This document shows, one piece after another, positions 42,227 through 59,571 of a DNA stretch of 64,000 nucleotides. The stretch is from Eledone cirrhosa (taxonomy: Eukaryota). Numbering within the stretch: position 1 is the first letter of the stretch; every line of letters starts with the position of its first letter. The translations under genes and the position numbers were made by a program. Below the pieces are notes generated by a model. That model saw nothing but the letters and a program-made list of their open reading frames with translations. It made no database searches and was not told the DNA's origin. The stretch is taken from the NCBI GenBank assembly GCA_964016885.1, contig OZ024755.1:28954001-29018000 (forward strand), read 5' to 3'.

Positions 42227-42502
42227 AATAAGCTAATATGACACGTTGATGACTTTGATAATCGTGATAATGGCGACGTTACTGATGTTAATGCTGATAA
42301 TGATAATGGTGAATACGTTTAAAATGGCGGTTATGATAATTGTGAATAAGCCAGTATTTGAACATGTATTGCGCGTGAGGCGAACAAGAACAAGCGTATA
42401 TTTTACAACTCAATCTCTCCCATTCTCTTCTTCATTCTTTCACTCTTTCATTCTCTCGTTAGTTCTCGCTTTCTCTCATTCTCTCAATCATTCTCTCTCT
42501 CT

Positions 42503-42624
<122 letters not shown>

Positions 42625-42677
42625 ATTGGAAATCAGTAAAATCGAATCTCTGGCGGTTTGCAAGTAAATTCGGCCTA

Positions 42678-42878
<201 letters not shown>

Positions 42879-43575
42879 TATACTGATGAAGGACACACTT
42901 TATTCATATGTAACCCAATGCAACCACGCAGCACGTTTGTTTTCATATTCACACATATATTTTCCTCCGCTGTGGCTCGTCTATTTCGTTCTTACTGCTT
43001 CCTCTTTCTCTGTTTCTTTCACCTCCCTTTACCCTCTCTAACAGTCACTATCTCTGTTAGCCTCTTCCTCACCCTTCACTCACTCACTTTATGCTACTAC
43101 CTCTCCTACTACCTCCCGTTTGACCTGTGCGTAATTCTTTTCTCTCGCACGCTTGACCAGGCTGGTTCCCCTTTTCTCTCTCTCGTCTACGATTTCACAG
43201 AACTTATGTTCACCGAATTCATGGACTAGACTCCTTCTTCCTCCCGTTTGACCTGTACGGAATTCCTTCCTTGCCCACATTTCGACTAGGTATGATGCTC
43301 TTTATTCTCTCTCGTTCACGATTTCACCGAACTTATATTCAAGGAAATCTGGGACTTGACTCTTTCTTCCTCACTTTTCGTTGCTTTACCATCTTTGTTT
43401 GTTTACACTCTCGCTCGTTCCCCTTATTTACGTGTCCCAAAGACTTCCATTAGCCGTTTCTCGCACCAACCGGAGGTATATGGTCTTTAAAGCGATGAAA
43501 TACCAATGATGGTTGGAAGATCACTGATGAAGGACTAACTTTATTCATATATATATATATACATATATATATATT

Positions 43576-44315
43576 CTAGGGCGGGTACAATTCCCGAGAT
43601 CCATGGACGAGTTCTCTCCATCGGTTTCTGTCCCTCATTATCCGGCGTCTCCAACAGCCCAGTGTCTGTCCTTAGGGCAGCAACATACTTTAACCTTGGT
43701 ATTCCTCTTCCAGTGTGTCCATGTAGGGGCTTCCACAGGAGCACTGAGTGCCATGTCAGCTCTGGATGTCGGTGAGAATGTCTAGCTAACCTCACTCACT
43801 TCTGTGTCACTTTTGAGCTGACTTTTGGGAGGCTCCAATACAGCTCTGAGTTTTTCATCCTCACTGTATACTGATTAATGTTTAGAGCCATCCTCAGCAT
43901 TCTCGTGTAGCACCCATCCACCATCTGAGTGAGTTTCTTGGTCAGTATCCAAGTCCCAGACCCGTACAGCAGCACAGGCTTCAGTACAGCAAGGAAGAGG
44001 CGGATTTTCAGGTCTTTACGAAGGTCCGACTTCCACAATGATCTCAAGCTGTGGCACGCCGCCCACGCTTTGCTCTTCCTTTCAACCACATCCTCTTCCG
44101 TATTCCCAATCTTTGCTCCCAAATAGAGGAAGTCCTCAACCAATTCTAGCGGCTTCCCGCCTACATTAGTGATACCCTCTGGCTTCTCAACATTCTCTAC
44201 CAGATATATTGTTTTAGTCTCATTCATTCTCAGCCCCACACTCATCGACACAGTCTCCAACTCCTGCATCAAATCCTCTGCCTTCTTCACTGTATTTGTC
44301 ACCAAAACTAAGTCT

Positions 44316-44316
<1 letters not shown>
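43576..44316 (-). mobile_element. RTE LINE, 5'-truncated at the RT catalytic region, inserted in (TA)n
   Basis: DLVLV...VGLRMNETKT...DFLYLG...KIRLFLAVLKPVLLYGSGTW...DGCYTRMLR...RLARHSHRHPEL. Confidence 0.93.
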
Positions 44317-44373
<57 letters not shown>

Positions 44374-44575
44374 TATTATATATATATATATATATATATG
44401 TCTATCTCTATCTCTACCTCTCTTTCTCACACACACTCACACAAACAAAGATACAGACACAAACAAATGAACACACCCTTACACAAACGTATTCTGATAC
44501 ACAGATATCTAGACATTCCCTCAACTCAACTTTGCAAGTTTCTGCCTATATTATCGCTCAGTTTCTTGGAAACCC

Positions 44576-44977
44576 ACTCATAGTCGTTCGATATACACTA
44601 TGGCAGAAAGAAGGAGACTCACTCATAGTCGTTCGATATACTCTATGACAGAAAGAAGAAGACTCACTCAAAGTCATTCGATATATACTATGGCAGAAAG
44701 AAGGAGACTCACTCATAGTTGTTCGATATATACTATGGCAGAAAGAAGGAGACTCACTCATAGTCGTTCGATATATACTATGGCAGAAAGAAGGAGACTA
44801 ACTCATAGTCGTTCGATATACACTATGGCAGAAAGAAGGAGACTAACTCGTAGTCATTCGATATATACTATGACAGAAAGAATGAAACTCATTCATAGTC
44901 GTTCGATATATACTATGGCAGAAAGAAGGAGACTCACTCATAGTCGTTCGATATACACTATGGCAGAAAGAAGGAGA
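44576..44977. repeat. 45-bp minisatellite, about 9 copies
   Basis: Unit gactcactcatagtcgttcgatatatactatggcagaaagaagga. Confidence 0.96.
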
Positions 44978-44979
44978 GA

Positions 44980-45640
44980 ATGATAGAAGGACAAACAGAA
45001 AGAAAGAGAGACAAAAAACTGAGGAACAAGGAAAGAGAGAAGGAAAAACCGAAAGAAAGAGAGAAAGAAGCAAAAACAGAACTAAAGAACGAGAGAAAGA
45101 AAGAAAGAGATACAGAAAGAAAGAAGGAAAGAGAAATAAATAAACAGAAAGAAATAAAGAAAAATAGGAAGAAAGATAGTAGGAAAGACGGAAAGAATGA
45201 GAGAAAGACGCACAGAAAGAAAGAATGAGTAACAAAGAAAGAATGAGTAACAAAGAAAGAAAGAAATTTTGAGAGAATTAAAGACAGAAAGAAAGATTAA
45301 AGAAAAAGGAAAGAGAAAAAGAAGGAAGGAAATACATAAAGAGAGAACGGAAGAGAGAACGGAAGAGAGAAAGAAAGAAGGAAAAGAAAAAGGAAAGAGA
45401 GAAAGAAACAAACAAACAGACAAAAGAAAGAAATAAGGAAAGATACAAAAAAGAAAGAAAAAGAGAAAGAGAGTAATAAAGAGTGAAAGAAAGAAGGAAA
45501 GAGAGAAAAAAAGAAAGAAAAAGAAGAGAGTAATAAAGAGTGAAAGAAAGAAGGAAAGAAAGAAAGAAAGAAAGAAAGAAGGATATAAAGAAAGAAAAAC
45601 CGAGAAAATGCGAAAGAAAGAGGGATCAAGGTGGAGGAGA
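44980..45640. repeat. Purine-rich (GAAA-like) low-complexity tract
   Basis: Direct reading. Confidence 0.9.
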
Positions 45641-45907
45641 GGATAAATGGATATGGGACGGATGTTGTTGGTTGTCTGGGTTAATGGCGTGGTGCAAGGG
45701 AGAGGAGGGATCTGGGTAGTTACTAGGCTGGTTAAACGTGATGGTTGTGTGATGGCAGAATGTGTTGGGTGAGTGTTAGTGGAAGTTATCTGGCAAATCT
45801 CTCCCTCTAGTGGCTCTCCCAACATTTCATGGACATGCAGAGACAATTACCAGAATGTAAGGGGATGTAGAAGCCAGAAACTCGCTTACACGCACATAGT
45901 AGGCATC

Positions 45908-49099
<3,192 letters not shown>

Positions 49100-49223
49100 A
49101 TACATATGTATATATATATGTGTGTATATATATATATATATTAAAATAAGAGATTAAAGTTTAAGCAAAGAATCGCTGCTTTCACCCTGAACGGTATGTT
49201 CTGAAAAAATATATATATATATA

Positions 49224-49491
49224 TAACAAAGAAGATATGGTAAGATACCAGATGTACCATAACTTACCAGAGTACTCAATACTTAGGGTAGTAGTGTGGG
49301 GAATATGAAAAGAGTCAGGACCCCGACGGCTGAGTTCTGGCCGTTAGATCCGAGTTCGGATCTAGCTGTTGTAACGGCCGGAGCTCAGCCGTCGGGGTCT
49401 TGACTCTTTTCATATTACCCACACTACTACCCTAAGTATTGAGTACTCTGGTGAGTTATGGTACACCTGGTATCTTACTATATCTTCTTTG

Positions 49492-49493
<2 letters not shown>
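49224..49493. mobile_element. Family A (subfamily B) complete palindrome with both tails
   Basis: Arms of about 130 bp centred on gatccga gt tcggatc. Confidence 0.88.
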
Positions 49494-49547
<54 letters not shown>

Positions 49548-49589
49548 CTTCAAAATCTTAATAAATATAGACATTGATGTGATCAAATA

Positions 49590-49655
49590 TATTTTATTAT
49601 ACATATTTCAGAGGTACTGATCTATTTCAACAGTACGTCCTCATCAGATAAAACA
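49590..49655 (-). ncRNA. Intact type I hammerhead ribozyme (same family as 36879-36945)
   Basis: Minus strand: TGTTTTAT-CTGATGA-GGACGTACTG...CAGTACCTCT-GAAA-TATGTA-TA-ATAAAATA, in the TA-flanked element 49544-49725. Confidence 0.82.
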
Positions 49656-49724
49656 AATTGATGTCTGACTTACCTTGACTGTGTTGATGGTTATAATTCA
49701 GTCATAGCAGTTAAACTGTTAATC

Positions 49725-49825
<101 letters not shown>

Positions 49826-49851
49826 TATATATATATATATATATATATATT

Positions 49852-50312
49852 CAGGGTGTCCCACACAAACTATACTCCCATTTTGACTCCCCATAACTCA
49901 TCGAATTTCTTCAATTCTCTTCAGATGAAATCAACCCTAATAATGTGAAAAATACCACTAGGGTTTGAAGATATATCAAACACAAAACATCATGGAAGAG
50001 CTAAGGAAGTTTAGGAGAGATTTTCACAAAGATCCCCCAACACGTCACACAATTGCTGGCATCAGAGATAAGTTTAAAGTTTGATCGAACTATGTATGAC
50101 GTCCATAAACAGCGTTCATAAAGACCCCGGTCCCCCCAACCAACTCCGCAAAGGAAGAACAGTTGCTAGAAACCCTCATTTGATCCCTACTGAAATATGT
50201 ACGACAAACGGATCTTGAGACAGGAATTCCTAAATCGAGCGCCAATTGCATTTTGAAGCGAGTTCATTGAAAATGTTACATTCCAACAATAATTCACGCA
50301 GTAAACGAAGAT
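49852..50312 (+). mobile_element. Tc1/mariner-superfamily transposon 5' part, decayed
   Basis: CAGGGTGTCCC terminus; KFRRDFHKDPPTRHTIAGIRDKFK...DVHKQRS*RPRS...ETGIPKSS resembles an N-terminal HTH region. Confidence 0.75.
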
Positions 50313-50459
50313 TTTGAGATTCCTGTCCTATCACCCATTTGTCGTACATATTTTAGTGAGGATAAGATGAGGAATTCTAGCATGCAAGAAATAGCTCCAA
50401 GTAAGCCCCACAAGCAGCTCAACAAGCGGTATCTCGAAAATTATATATAGAAGCGAAGA

Positions 50460-50600
50460 CACGTGCCTTAATGATCGGAGAATTGGCTTCACAATTGTGA
50501 ATTTGTTAGTTCAATTTCCGGAGCGAGCGATGCTTAGTATCCTTGAGCAAGACACTTTATTTCATGATGCTCTAGTCCACTCACACCATTTGAATGTGTT
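50460..50600 (+). mobile_element. Decayed CORE-type SINE
   Basis: gttcaatttcc B-box remnant followed by gtatccttgagcaagacactttatttca CORE-like motif. Confidence 0.55.
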
Positions 50601-51255
50601 AATTGGACGACAAGGTCACTTCAGAAGCTCTCTACATTCCAGAACCACATCATGAGACTTATGACTGGTAAGCGGCTCAGCGACCATATCTGTATCAGTG
50701 AGCTGCTCAACATTACCAGACTTAGACCAATTACATCAATCGTCAAGACAAGAGTACTCAAATTATACTAATTTGGCGTTGTTGCATTTGCATTATACCC
50801 GATACTTCGACCTCATACTACCACTGCCAACTGAAAGATGTATCAAGCCAAGAGACTGTCAAAACTAGTAGAATTTAGACGTCTATGTTGGGCTTACCAC
50901 CAATAGTTTCAAACATAAATACAGTCAGTGTATCCACATCTTCAGTAATCTGACAACTAATAACATGTCGCATTCTACATTTCATAAGATTTGAAAGCAA
51001 AATATATTAATTTCCTCTTAAACAGGAAGTTACTTTTATCCGTTACATATCACAGATTAAAGTGCTTACAATTTTTTTATGACCATAAATTTTGTAATTA
51101 TATCTGTTGAAATAACACATCTTTACGAATATCATGGGAGTTTCTCTTTTTATGAAAATATAATACTTATGTTTTCATGAATTAAAGTTTTTCATACCCT
51201 TCTAGGAAAAGTCAGACTTGTATGTACTCATACTGAATAAAGGCATATGTTTACT

Positions 51256-51423
51256 GTGGATTGGCAGTATCGGTAGACGGTCAGACGCCATGCTTTGCAG
51301 CAAAGAGTTACGGCCAAATCCCGCCGAGGTTAACTTTGCCTTTCATCCTTATGGGGTTGATAAAATAAAGCACCAGTAATACACTGGTAATTGCTGGCCT
51401 TGTGCCAAAAGTAGAAACAATTA
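51256..51423 (+). mobile_element. tRNA-derived SINE
   Basis: Homology to the reference copy. Confidence 0.88.
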
Positions 51424-51619
51424 TATTTAATCTAAATGCTAATACATACTACTTGTACGGGTGTGTGCGAGTGCGCCTATCATCTTACAATAATGTGTGT
51501 GTGTAGTTTCGGGATTGTAACATCAAATTACTGTAGGTTCACCAAAGTGAGCACTGAATGCATAGTCTCCAGTAGGTATATAGGTGTTGTATTAAGCAGA
51601 GTATAATAATAATAATAAT

Positions 51620-51770
51620 TTTTTTTCTACTTTTGACACACTGGTACTTTATTTTATCGACCTCGTAAGGATGAATGGCAAAGGTAACCTCGGCGGATTT
51701 GAGCTCAGAATGCAAAGGGCCATAACTATGCTGCAAAACATGGTGTCTGACGCTCTACCGATACTGCCAA
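51620..51770 (-). mobile_element. tRNA-derived SINE with deletion
   Basis: Homology to the reference copy. Confidence 0.85.
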
Positions 51771-51773
51771 ATC

Positions 51774-51828
<55 letters not shown>

Positions 51829-51829
<1 letters not shown>

Positions 51830-51993
51830 CCCTTCACGCTTTTTGGAACGCTTCAAAAGGCATGCTTGCTTGGAACAGCAAGAACCCTCCGATACGTCCT
51901 GAATATCTGAGGCTGCAGGTAGTGGCTTGATATTCAATCCAACGGACTTTCCAGTTAACCAACATCAATGACTGAGATTCAAGGAATAACAAC

Positions 51994-52027
<34 letters not shown>

Positions 52028-52700
52028 GGAGGAAGCTAGCCCACTGTGCAGGATCTGTGGAGAGAGAGAGGAGATTGTGGCTCACATTGTACCCGAGTGT
52101 AAACACCTAGCCCAGACTCATTATGAAGGCTGGAGACATGATGTGATAGGCAGGGTGATCCACTGGCACCTATGCAAAGTAAACAATTTACCACATTCTG
52201 AGAAGTGGTATGAGCATAAGCCAGAGTCGGTGATGTAAAACGATCAGGTGAAGGTGCTATGGGATTTTAGGATACAGATGGACAAGAAATTAGAAAACAA
52301 TAGACCTGACCTGGTGGTTTCTGACAAGGAAAAAAGATCGTGCCTGATTAAAGATGTAGCCTGCCCATTTGACACGAGAGTGCAAGACAAGGAGAAGGAG
52401 AAAATTAACCGATACCAGGACTTAAAGTGGGAGGTAAAAAAGGATTTGGAACTGCCATTAAATCAGGTCGTCCCGATTGTCATAGGCGCACTAGGTACTA
52501 TCTCAAAGAGTTTCCGAGGATGGTTAAAGAAGTTTAGTCCAGCCCCGCTTTTTTGAACACTTCAATAGGCATGCTTGCTGGGAACAGCAAGAACCCTCCG
52601 ATACGTCCTGAATGTCTGAGGCTGCAGGTAGTGGCTTCATATTAATTTCAACAAACCTTCCATTTAAATAATATCAATGACTGAGACTCAAAGAACAATA
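51829..52700 (+). mobile_element. Two tandem R4/Dong LINE 3' ends in (AAT)n
   Basis: Short copy 51829-51990 (LQKACLLGTARTLRYVL) and longer copy 52028-52700 (VLWDF...NRPDLV...DVACPFD...EKEKINRYQDL...VPIVIGALG), each bounded by (AAT)n. Confidence 0.9.
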
Positions 52701-52751
52701 CAAATAATAATAATAATATGGATGAGGTGTTACATTTTCATCACATCTATT

Positions 52752-52840
52752 GAGGTGTGACGCACGTTTCGCGATAGAACAGCTCAAAGTTTGATCTGTA
52801 TCGATCAGAACCGACTCTGGAATCAGAAGCTCATGGGACT
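52752..52840 (-). ncRNA. Degenerate family C hammerhead
   Basis: Homologous to 9762-9849; GAAA-CGTGCG-TC retained, core reads CCCATGA. Confidence 0.45.
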
Positions 52841-54229
52841 TCTGTTATGGTAATGACACAACGATTCCCTTACAGTTTTAAAATGTTCATCGAATTCGTT
52901 TCGGATTCATTTCTAACAATATTCTAGTGAGAATAAATACTGCAAATTTCTAACATCTTCCAGAATCATTTATTTATCCATATTGATTTATCCGACTCTG
53001 TACCTGACTAGAAGCATGTTCATCGTGCCGAAGATCATCTTACACATCAGTATATCAGCATGCGGCCTGGTTTGAAGGATATGTTTAACGTCCAGTAAGA
53101 CGATATTTGATAGCAATAAGGCAATGTATACATCTTCAACATCCTCTGTTCAAGTAGATATTTATCGAAATCATGGTCTTCGTTAATGCAACATATATAG
53201 TATGTGTGTGTTGAGCAAAATTACTGCTTTTTGGCCAATCAAGTGATATTTAGGATACATTTAAATGAATAACGATTTAGAGTTTTTCTTCATATTTTCC
53301 TCGATATGTATATTTTAGACATTTATCTATAATTGAATACTGATTCGATTGGTTTTTTTCATCCGCCTTTGTGTATTGTATACGAAATAATAAACAACCC
53401 TGAATATATTTCTGTGAATATATAGTCGTGAATTTACCTGTATAAATCACTGTATTTATATAACGGAAAATGTTGAACATATGTATGTAGACATATGATG
53501 TCTGTGTATGTATATAACTATATTGAAGAGGCTTGAATGTATATAGACAAAAACTGACTCTTTATAAAAACGAAAGAAGGTATTACTTACAAGACACCAT
53601 TTAACACCCAATGTTATTAATCTTCCATTTACTTTAAATGGAAGTTAATTTCCTGAATATTTGGAATTTCCGGAATTTTCAATGGCCATTAACAAATCAG
53701 TTATACTGCCACTTTATTTTATAATCTTTCTCAATACCTTTAATTAAGGTAAACAAATTCAACGTCATTGTTGACGATACGAGCTTATGAGTAGTTACAA
53801 TAACATCATTAACTGACGTAAACAGATAGCTGCTAGAAAATGTTACAAAAACGATTAGAGGTAAATAAACTCGAGTAAAAAGGAAAAGAAAAGCTCAATA
53901 TACACCTAACTCGAATGGCCGCTAGCAAGAATGCTATAACTTTAAAGTATTCAGAAATTCACATTCGAAAGTAATGTCGTACTTAAGAAAGTTCTTTCCA
54001 AGGGAAGCTGATGAAAACAATAAAGGGATTACTTTATAAGATGTCTATCGAAAACATATCCGACGTTATCGCAGCTAATGATGTTAGGGGGGCAAATTTG
54101 TGCACAGTAAAAAATGTATACATTCATGCGCATGCGCAGGTTTTGCCAAGCCCGCATAGTGGCTCAGTCAACGGCGGACCGCAGAGTATGAGGTGCTGTA
54201 CGAAAGGTTCGCCGTATTTTTATTCCGCT

Positions 54230-55175
<946 letters not shown>

Positions 55176-55515
55176 TATATATAGAGAGAGATATATATTT
55201 ATAAAGTATAAGTGTATCTACAAACTACTGTAAAATGCAGACGAGATATTATGATGTTCAAGTTAAATTTATCTATGAAAAATTTGATTTATTCTTACAT
55301 TTCTTTGTGAAGAACTCATCCATTACTTGGAAGTGACGAAGTGGAAAAAGACGACGGTCAAATGGGAGTAATTAGGAGACTCCATTTTGTGGTTCAGGTA
55401 GCTTGTTAATCTTGACAAATCAGCGACAACAGATCTCTTCGACATCAGACCATTCGTTATAACTGCTGCTGTTTACAAATTACGTCAAGTTGTGCACATC
55501 CGTCCTTCCCTACAT

Positions 55516-55549
<34 letters not shown>

Positions 55550-55568
55550 TTATAATATATATATATAT

Positions 55569-55651
<83 letters not shown>

Positions 55652-55750
55652 TATATCCATCTAGTTGTAAACACACATACACAGATATCCACACACACAA
55701 GTACATACGTGCACACACAAGCACATACGTGCACACACACACACATGCGT

Positions 55751-55807
<57 letters not shown>

Positions 55808-55812
<5 letters not shown>

Positions 55813-55918
55813 TTGTTTCTACTTTTGGCACAAGGCCAGCAATTTACCAGTGTATTACTGGTACTTTATTTTATCGACCCCGTAAGGATGAAAGGCAAAG
55901 TTAACCTCGGCGGGATTT
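55808..55918 (-). mobile_element. SINE, 5'-truncated
   Basis: Homology to the reference copy. Confidence 0.88.
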
Positions 55919-56218
55919 AACAAGAACAAAATGGAGATGTTACTTATGAGATTTATTGCTCAAACCAGTTACAAATATTTCTATAGGCTTGTTTGTGTTT
56001 GGCTGGTTCGTCTTCAGATTTGATGTGATTTTTGTTGTGTTAGCACTGGTCTCAGTATCAGGTAGACTTGGAGCTGGACTGGGGTGACCCCAGATTATGA
56101 GCTGACTGCCTGGGAAACATTTGTAACCGGGATTGATTATATACACTCTGCTCTGCATTGAGTGCTGACATTGGTTCTCTTACCAGATATCTTCGGATTT
56201 ACCGAACCTTTTGCACGT

Positions 56219-56291
<73 letters not shown>

Positions 56292-56297
<6 letters not shown>

Positions 56298-56411
56298 GTA
56301 AACAGAAATAACAACACAATCGGTACAGTATATGGAAGGGATCAAGCGTTAACCTAATATATTCCTTCCATATACTGTACCGATTGTGTTGTTATTTCTG
56401 TTTACCTTTTA
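56292..56411. repeat. Perfect 48-bp inverted repeat between (TA)n
   Basis: Arms 56292-56339 / 56364-56411. Confidence 0.9.
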
Positions 56412-56714
56412 CATACAAATATATATATATCAACGCTTACGTGGACCTCTCAAAATTCGTTGGATTTTCTAATTGGATTTCCCCCCCCCCCCCTCGAAAC
56501 TGGACACCAACATTAACCCGGAGTACTCCTGAACTTCCACTAGGAAATCATTCGTATCATTGAAATTTTCTTTGCTTCTTATATATATATATACGGATAG
56601 AGGGCACCCAACGAAGATATAAGTTCCGGAGTTATAATAATGACGAAACATAAGTCAATTGCATGTAAAGTTATGTTTGTACCACAACATCCAGTCCGAA
56701 ACAAATGAGGTCGT

Positions 56715-56938
56715 GTAGGTGTCACGACAAAAAAACACAGTCCACGCTGTAATGTGGCCGTGTAGGTCACACGGTAAAAACCTCCCAGCCCCACACTGTA
56801 AACGTGGTTGGTGTTAGGAAGGGCATCCAGCCGTAGAAAACCCGCCAGACAGTCCTATGCGAGCAAGACAACCACTCTTGCCTCAAGTGGGAAAACTCCC
56901 GTCCAGATCCATACAAGCGTGGAAGATGGACGTTAAAC

Positions 56939-56977
<39 letters not shown>
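56715..56977 (+). mobile_element. Second SINE family, 3' part with (GAT)n tail
   Basis: gtggttggtgttaggaagggcatccagccgtagaaa ... atggacgttaaacgatgatgat; resembles octopus SINE tails from recall. Confidence 0.7.
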
Positions 56978-56986
56978 ATGTATATA

Positions 56987-57029
<43 letters not shown>

Positions 57030-57134
57030 ATATATATATATATCTCAAATTAGTCTAGCCAGAACATCTACACAGGCGAAAATATTATACATTTTCGCCT
57101 GTTTTAAAGTACCAGCAGAAGGCAGCAGGGATAC

Positions 57135-57179
57135 ACTGTATTGGTGAGAACCATTAGGTTCGAAATACGTATAGGCAGT
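57135..57179 (+). ncRNA. Degenerate hammerhead inside a long hairpin
   Basis: ACTGTa-TTGGTGA-GAACC atta GGTTC-GAAA-TACGTA-TA-gGCAGT; stem I extends about 20 bp (57112-57202). Confidence 0.55.
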
Positions 57180-57299
57180 TATCCCTCGCTGCTTCTGTTG
57201 GAATCCACTAGACGACTCTGACTGTCAGCCTTTCAATATTCATAGTTTGGTTTTCAAAATTTATCATACATACCGTATATCTTTAGATATAAGAAATTC

Positions 57300-57339
<40 letters not shown>

Positions 57340-57451
57340 TAATAATATTATTAATACTTATATATGAGTTATATATAATTATAAATATGGAAGAGTAGTA
57401 GTAAACACTACATATACAGATATGTTGAAGCTAAATTTAAATATATATATA

Positions 57452-57519
<68 letters not shown>

Positions 57520-57681
57520 ATATTAAGAATCTTTTAGGATAGCTGGACAGCCTCTCAAGCAAGTCTTTCAGCCCTTACCATCTTACACACCAAGGGGGCC
57601 TGAGCGCATGCGATTCATGACTCCTGGGTGCCTTTCTGTCGATATTTAGCCATCCATACATCAAAGCCTTGTGAGGACATA

Positions 57682-57761
57682 CAGGGTGTCCTCCAAAAAT
57701 GTATACACACTTTGATGAGAATGCTGTTGAAATGTGTATACACATTTTTGGGGACATCTTG
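57682..57761. mobile_element. Tc1/mariner MITE (80 bp)
   Basis: TA|CAGGGTGTCCTCCAAAAATGTATACACA ... TGTGTATACACATTTTTGGGGACATCTTG. Confidence 0.75.
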
Positions 57762-57864
57762 TCTGTATATATATTTATAAAGTATTTCGGCTCTGTATTA
57801 TATTTATTTTACACTGAGCTACTCTCATACTTGTCATTGGATACTATTTCATATTACCCACATG

Positions 57865-57900
<36 letters not shown>

Positions 57901-57902
<2 letters not shown>

Positions 57903-58339
57903 AAAGTTATATTTAAATTGTTGGGTTAACAACGAGTAAATATTTATAACTGATATAAAAGCACTCAACAAGTATTTGGAGTATATTTATGATATTAAAT
58001 AAATGGAAACTATATTTATAAAACCATATTTATTTCGTTATATATATTTCAGGGATATCATATTAACAATATGTTATGCCATCTTCAGACAAAATACAAT
58101 ATAAACAGTCTTATAAATAAATAGATACGACATACCTTTCAATCACCTTGCATTTGTGACTGCCAAATCAACCTCACAAATGCAAGGTGATTGAAAGGTA
58201 TGTCGTATCTATTTATTTATAAGACTGTTTATATTGTATTTTGTCTGAAGATGGCATAACATATTGTTAATATGATATCCCTGAAATATATATAACGAAA
58301 TAAATATGGTTTTATAAATATAGTTTCCATTTATTTAAT

Positions 58340-58345
<6 letters not shown>
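57901..58345. mobile_element. Family D HHR element with a perfect 172-bp palindrome
   Basis: Arms 57988-58159 / 58174-58345, no mismatch seen; HHR folds at 58031-58096 (-) and 58237-58302 (+). Confidence 0.9.
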
Positions 58346-58380
<35 letters not shown>

Positions 58381-58383
<3 letters not shown>

Positions 58384-58810
58384 TTATATTTAATTTGTTG
58401 GGATACAACAAGCAAAATATTTTTATAACTGATATAAAGCACTCAACAAATTATTGGAGTAAATATACAATATATTAACAAATGGAAACTATATTTATAA
58501 AACCATATTTATTTCATTATACATATTTCAAGGGCCACCAACGCAAATTATGGTGCGCTTTCATCAAATAAAATATAATATAGATTAGCTTTATGAATAA
58601 ATATTGACATACCCTTAAAAATGCAAGACTATCCAGGAGACTCCAACCGTGAAGGTTGCATTTTTCAGAGTATGTCAATATTTATTTATAAAACTAATCT
58701 ATATTATATTTTATCTGATGAAAGCGCACTATAATTTGCCTTGGTGGCCCATGAAATATGTATAATGAAATAAATATGGTTTTATAAATATAGTTTCCAT
58801 TTTTTTATAT
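58381..58810. mobile_element. Family D HHR element, imperfect palindrome
   Basis: Arms about 58481-58626 / 58656-58802; plus-strand HHR 58707-58773 with intact CTGATGA; minus copy reads TTGATGA. Confidence 0.87.
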
Positions 58811-58813
58811 ATA

Positions 58814-58850
<37 letters not shown>

Positions 58851-58985
58851 ACATGTCGATACATAATAAATATTTTTCATATCTAAACGAAACGTCCTCG
58901 TTTTTTTCTATTATATACCCTCTGCCTGTGCATAGAATGCTTCGTTTGGTATCCACACCGGTATTTCGCTGTATTACTCACATTG

Positions 58986-59162
58986 TTGGCAGTATCGAGA
59001 GAGCGTCGGACGTCATGCTTTGTAGCATAGAGTTACGGCTCTTGCCATTCTGAGTTCGAATCCCGCCGAGGTTAACTTTGCCTTTCATCCTTACGGGGTC
59101 GATAAAGTAAAGCACCAGTATTGCACTGGGTAATTTGCTGGCTTTGTGCCTAACGTAGAAAC

Positions 59163-59166
<4 letters not shown>
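58986..59166 (+). mobile_element. tRNA-derived SINE
   Basis: A box and B box GAGTTCGAATCCC. Confidence 0.92.
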
Positions 59167-59216
<50 letters not shown>

Positions 59217-59280
59217 GCACATACACACACATACACACACACACAGGCAGACACAGACACACACACATATATATATATGC

Positions 59281-59310
<30 letters not shown>

Positions 59311-59311
<1 letters not shown>

Positions 59312-59499
59312 ACAAAGGAATTGTGGTAAGGAACCAGATGGACCATAACGCACCAGAGTACTTAATACTTAGGGTAGTAGAGTGGGAAATAGGAAAAAGT
59401 ATGACCCCGACGGCAGAGCTCAAGCCGTTTCGACGGCTATTTCAGTACAGAAATAGCCGTCGAAACAGCTTGAGCTCTACCGTCGGGGTCATACTTTTT

Positions 59500-59503
<4 letters not shown>
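59311..59503 (-). mobile_element. Family A tail plus palindrome
   Basis: Centred on gacggctatttc agtaca gaaatagccgtc. Confidence 0.88.

Positions 59504-59571
<68 letters not shown>

Noticed and set aside
44576-44983. 45-bp repeat array resembling CRISPR or a repeat protein (MAERRRLTHSRSIYT)n
   Set aside because: No unique spacers, no cas genes, eukaryotic context; a simple minisatellite
55940-56158. 72-aa ORF as a host exon
   Set aside because: Lies between a SINE and (TA)n and contains a degenerate CTGAAGA...GAAA...TA...AATAAA arrangement; more likely a repeat remnant
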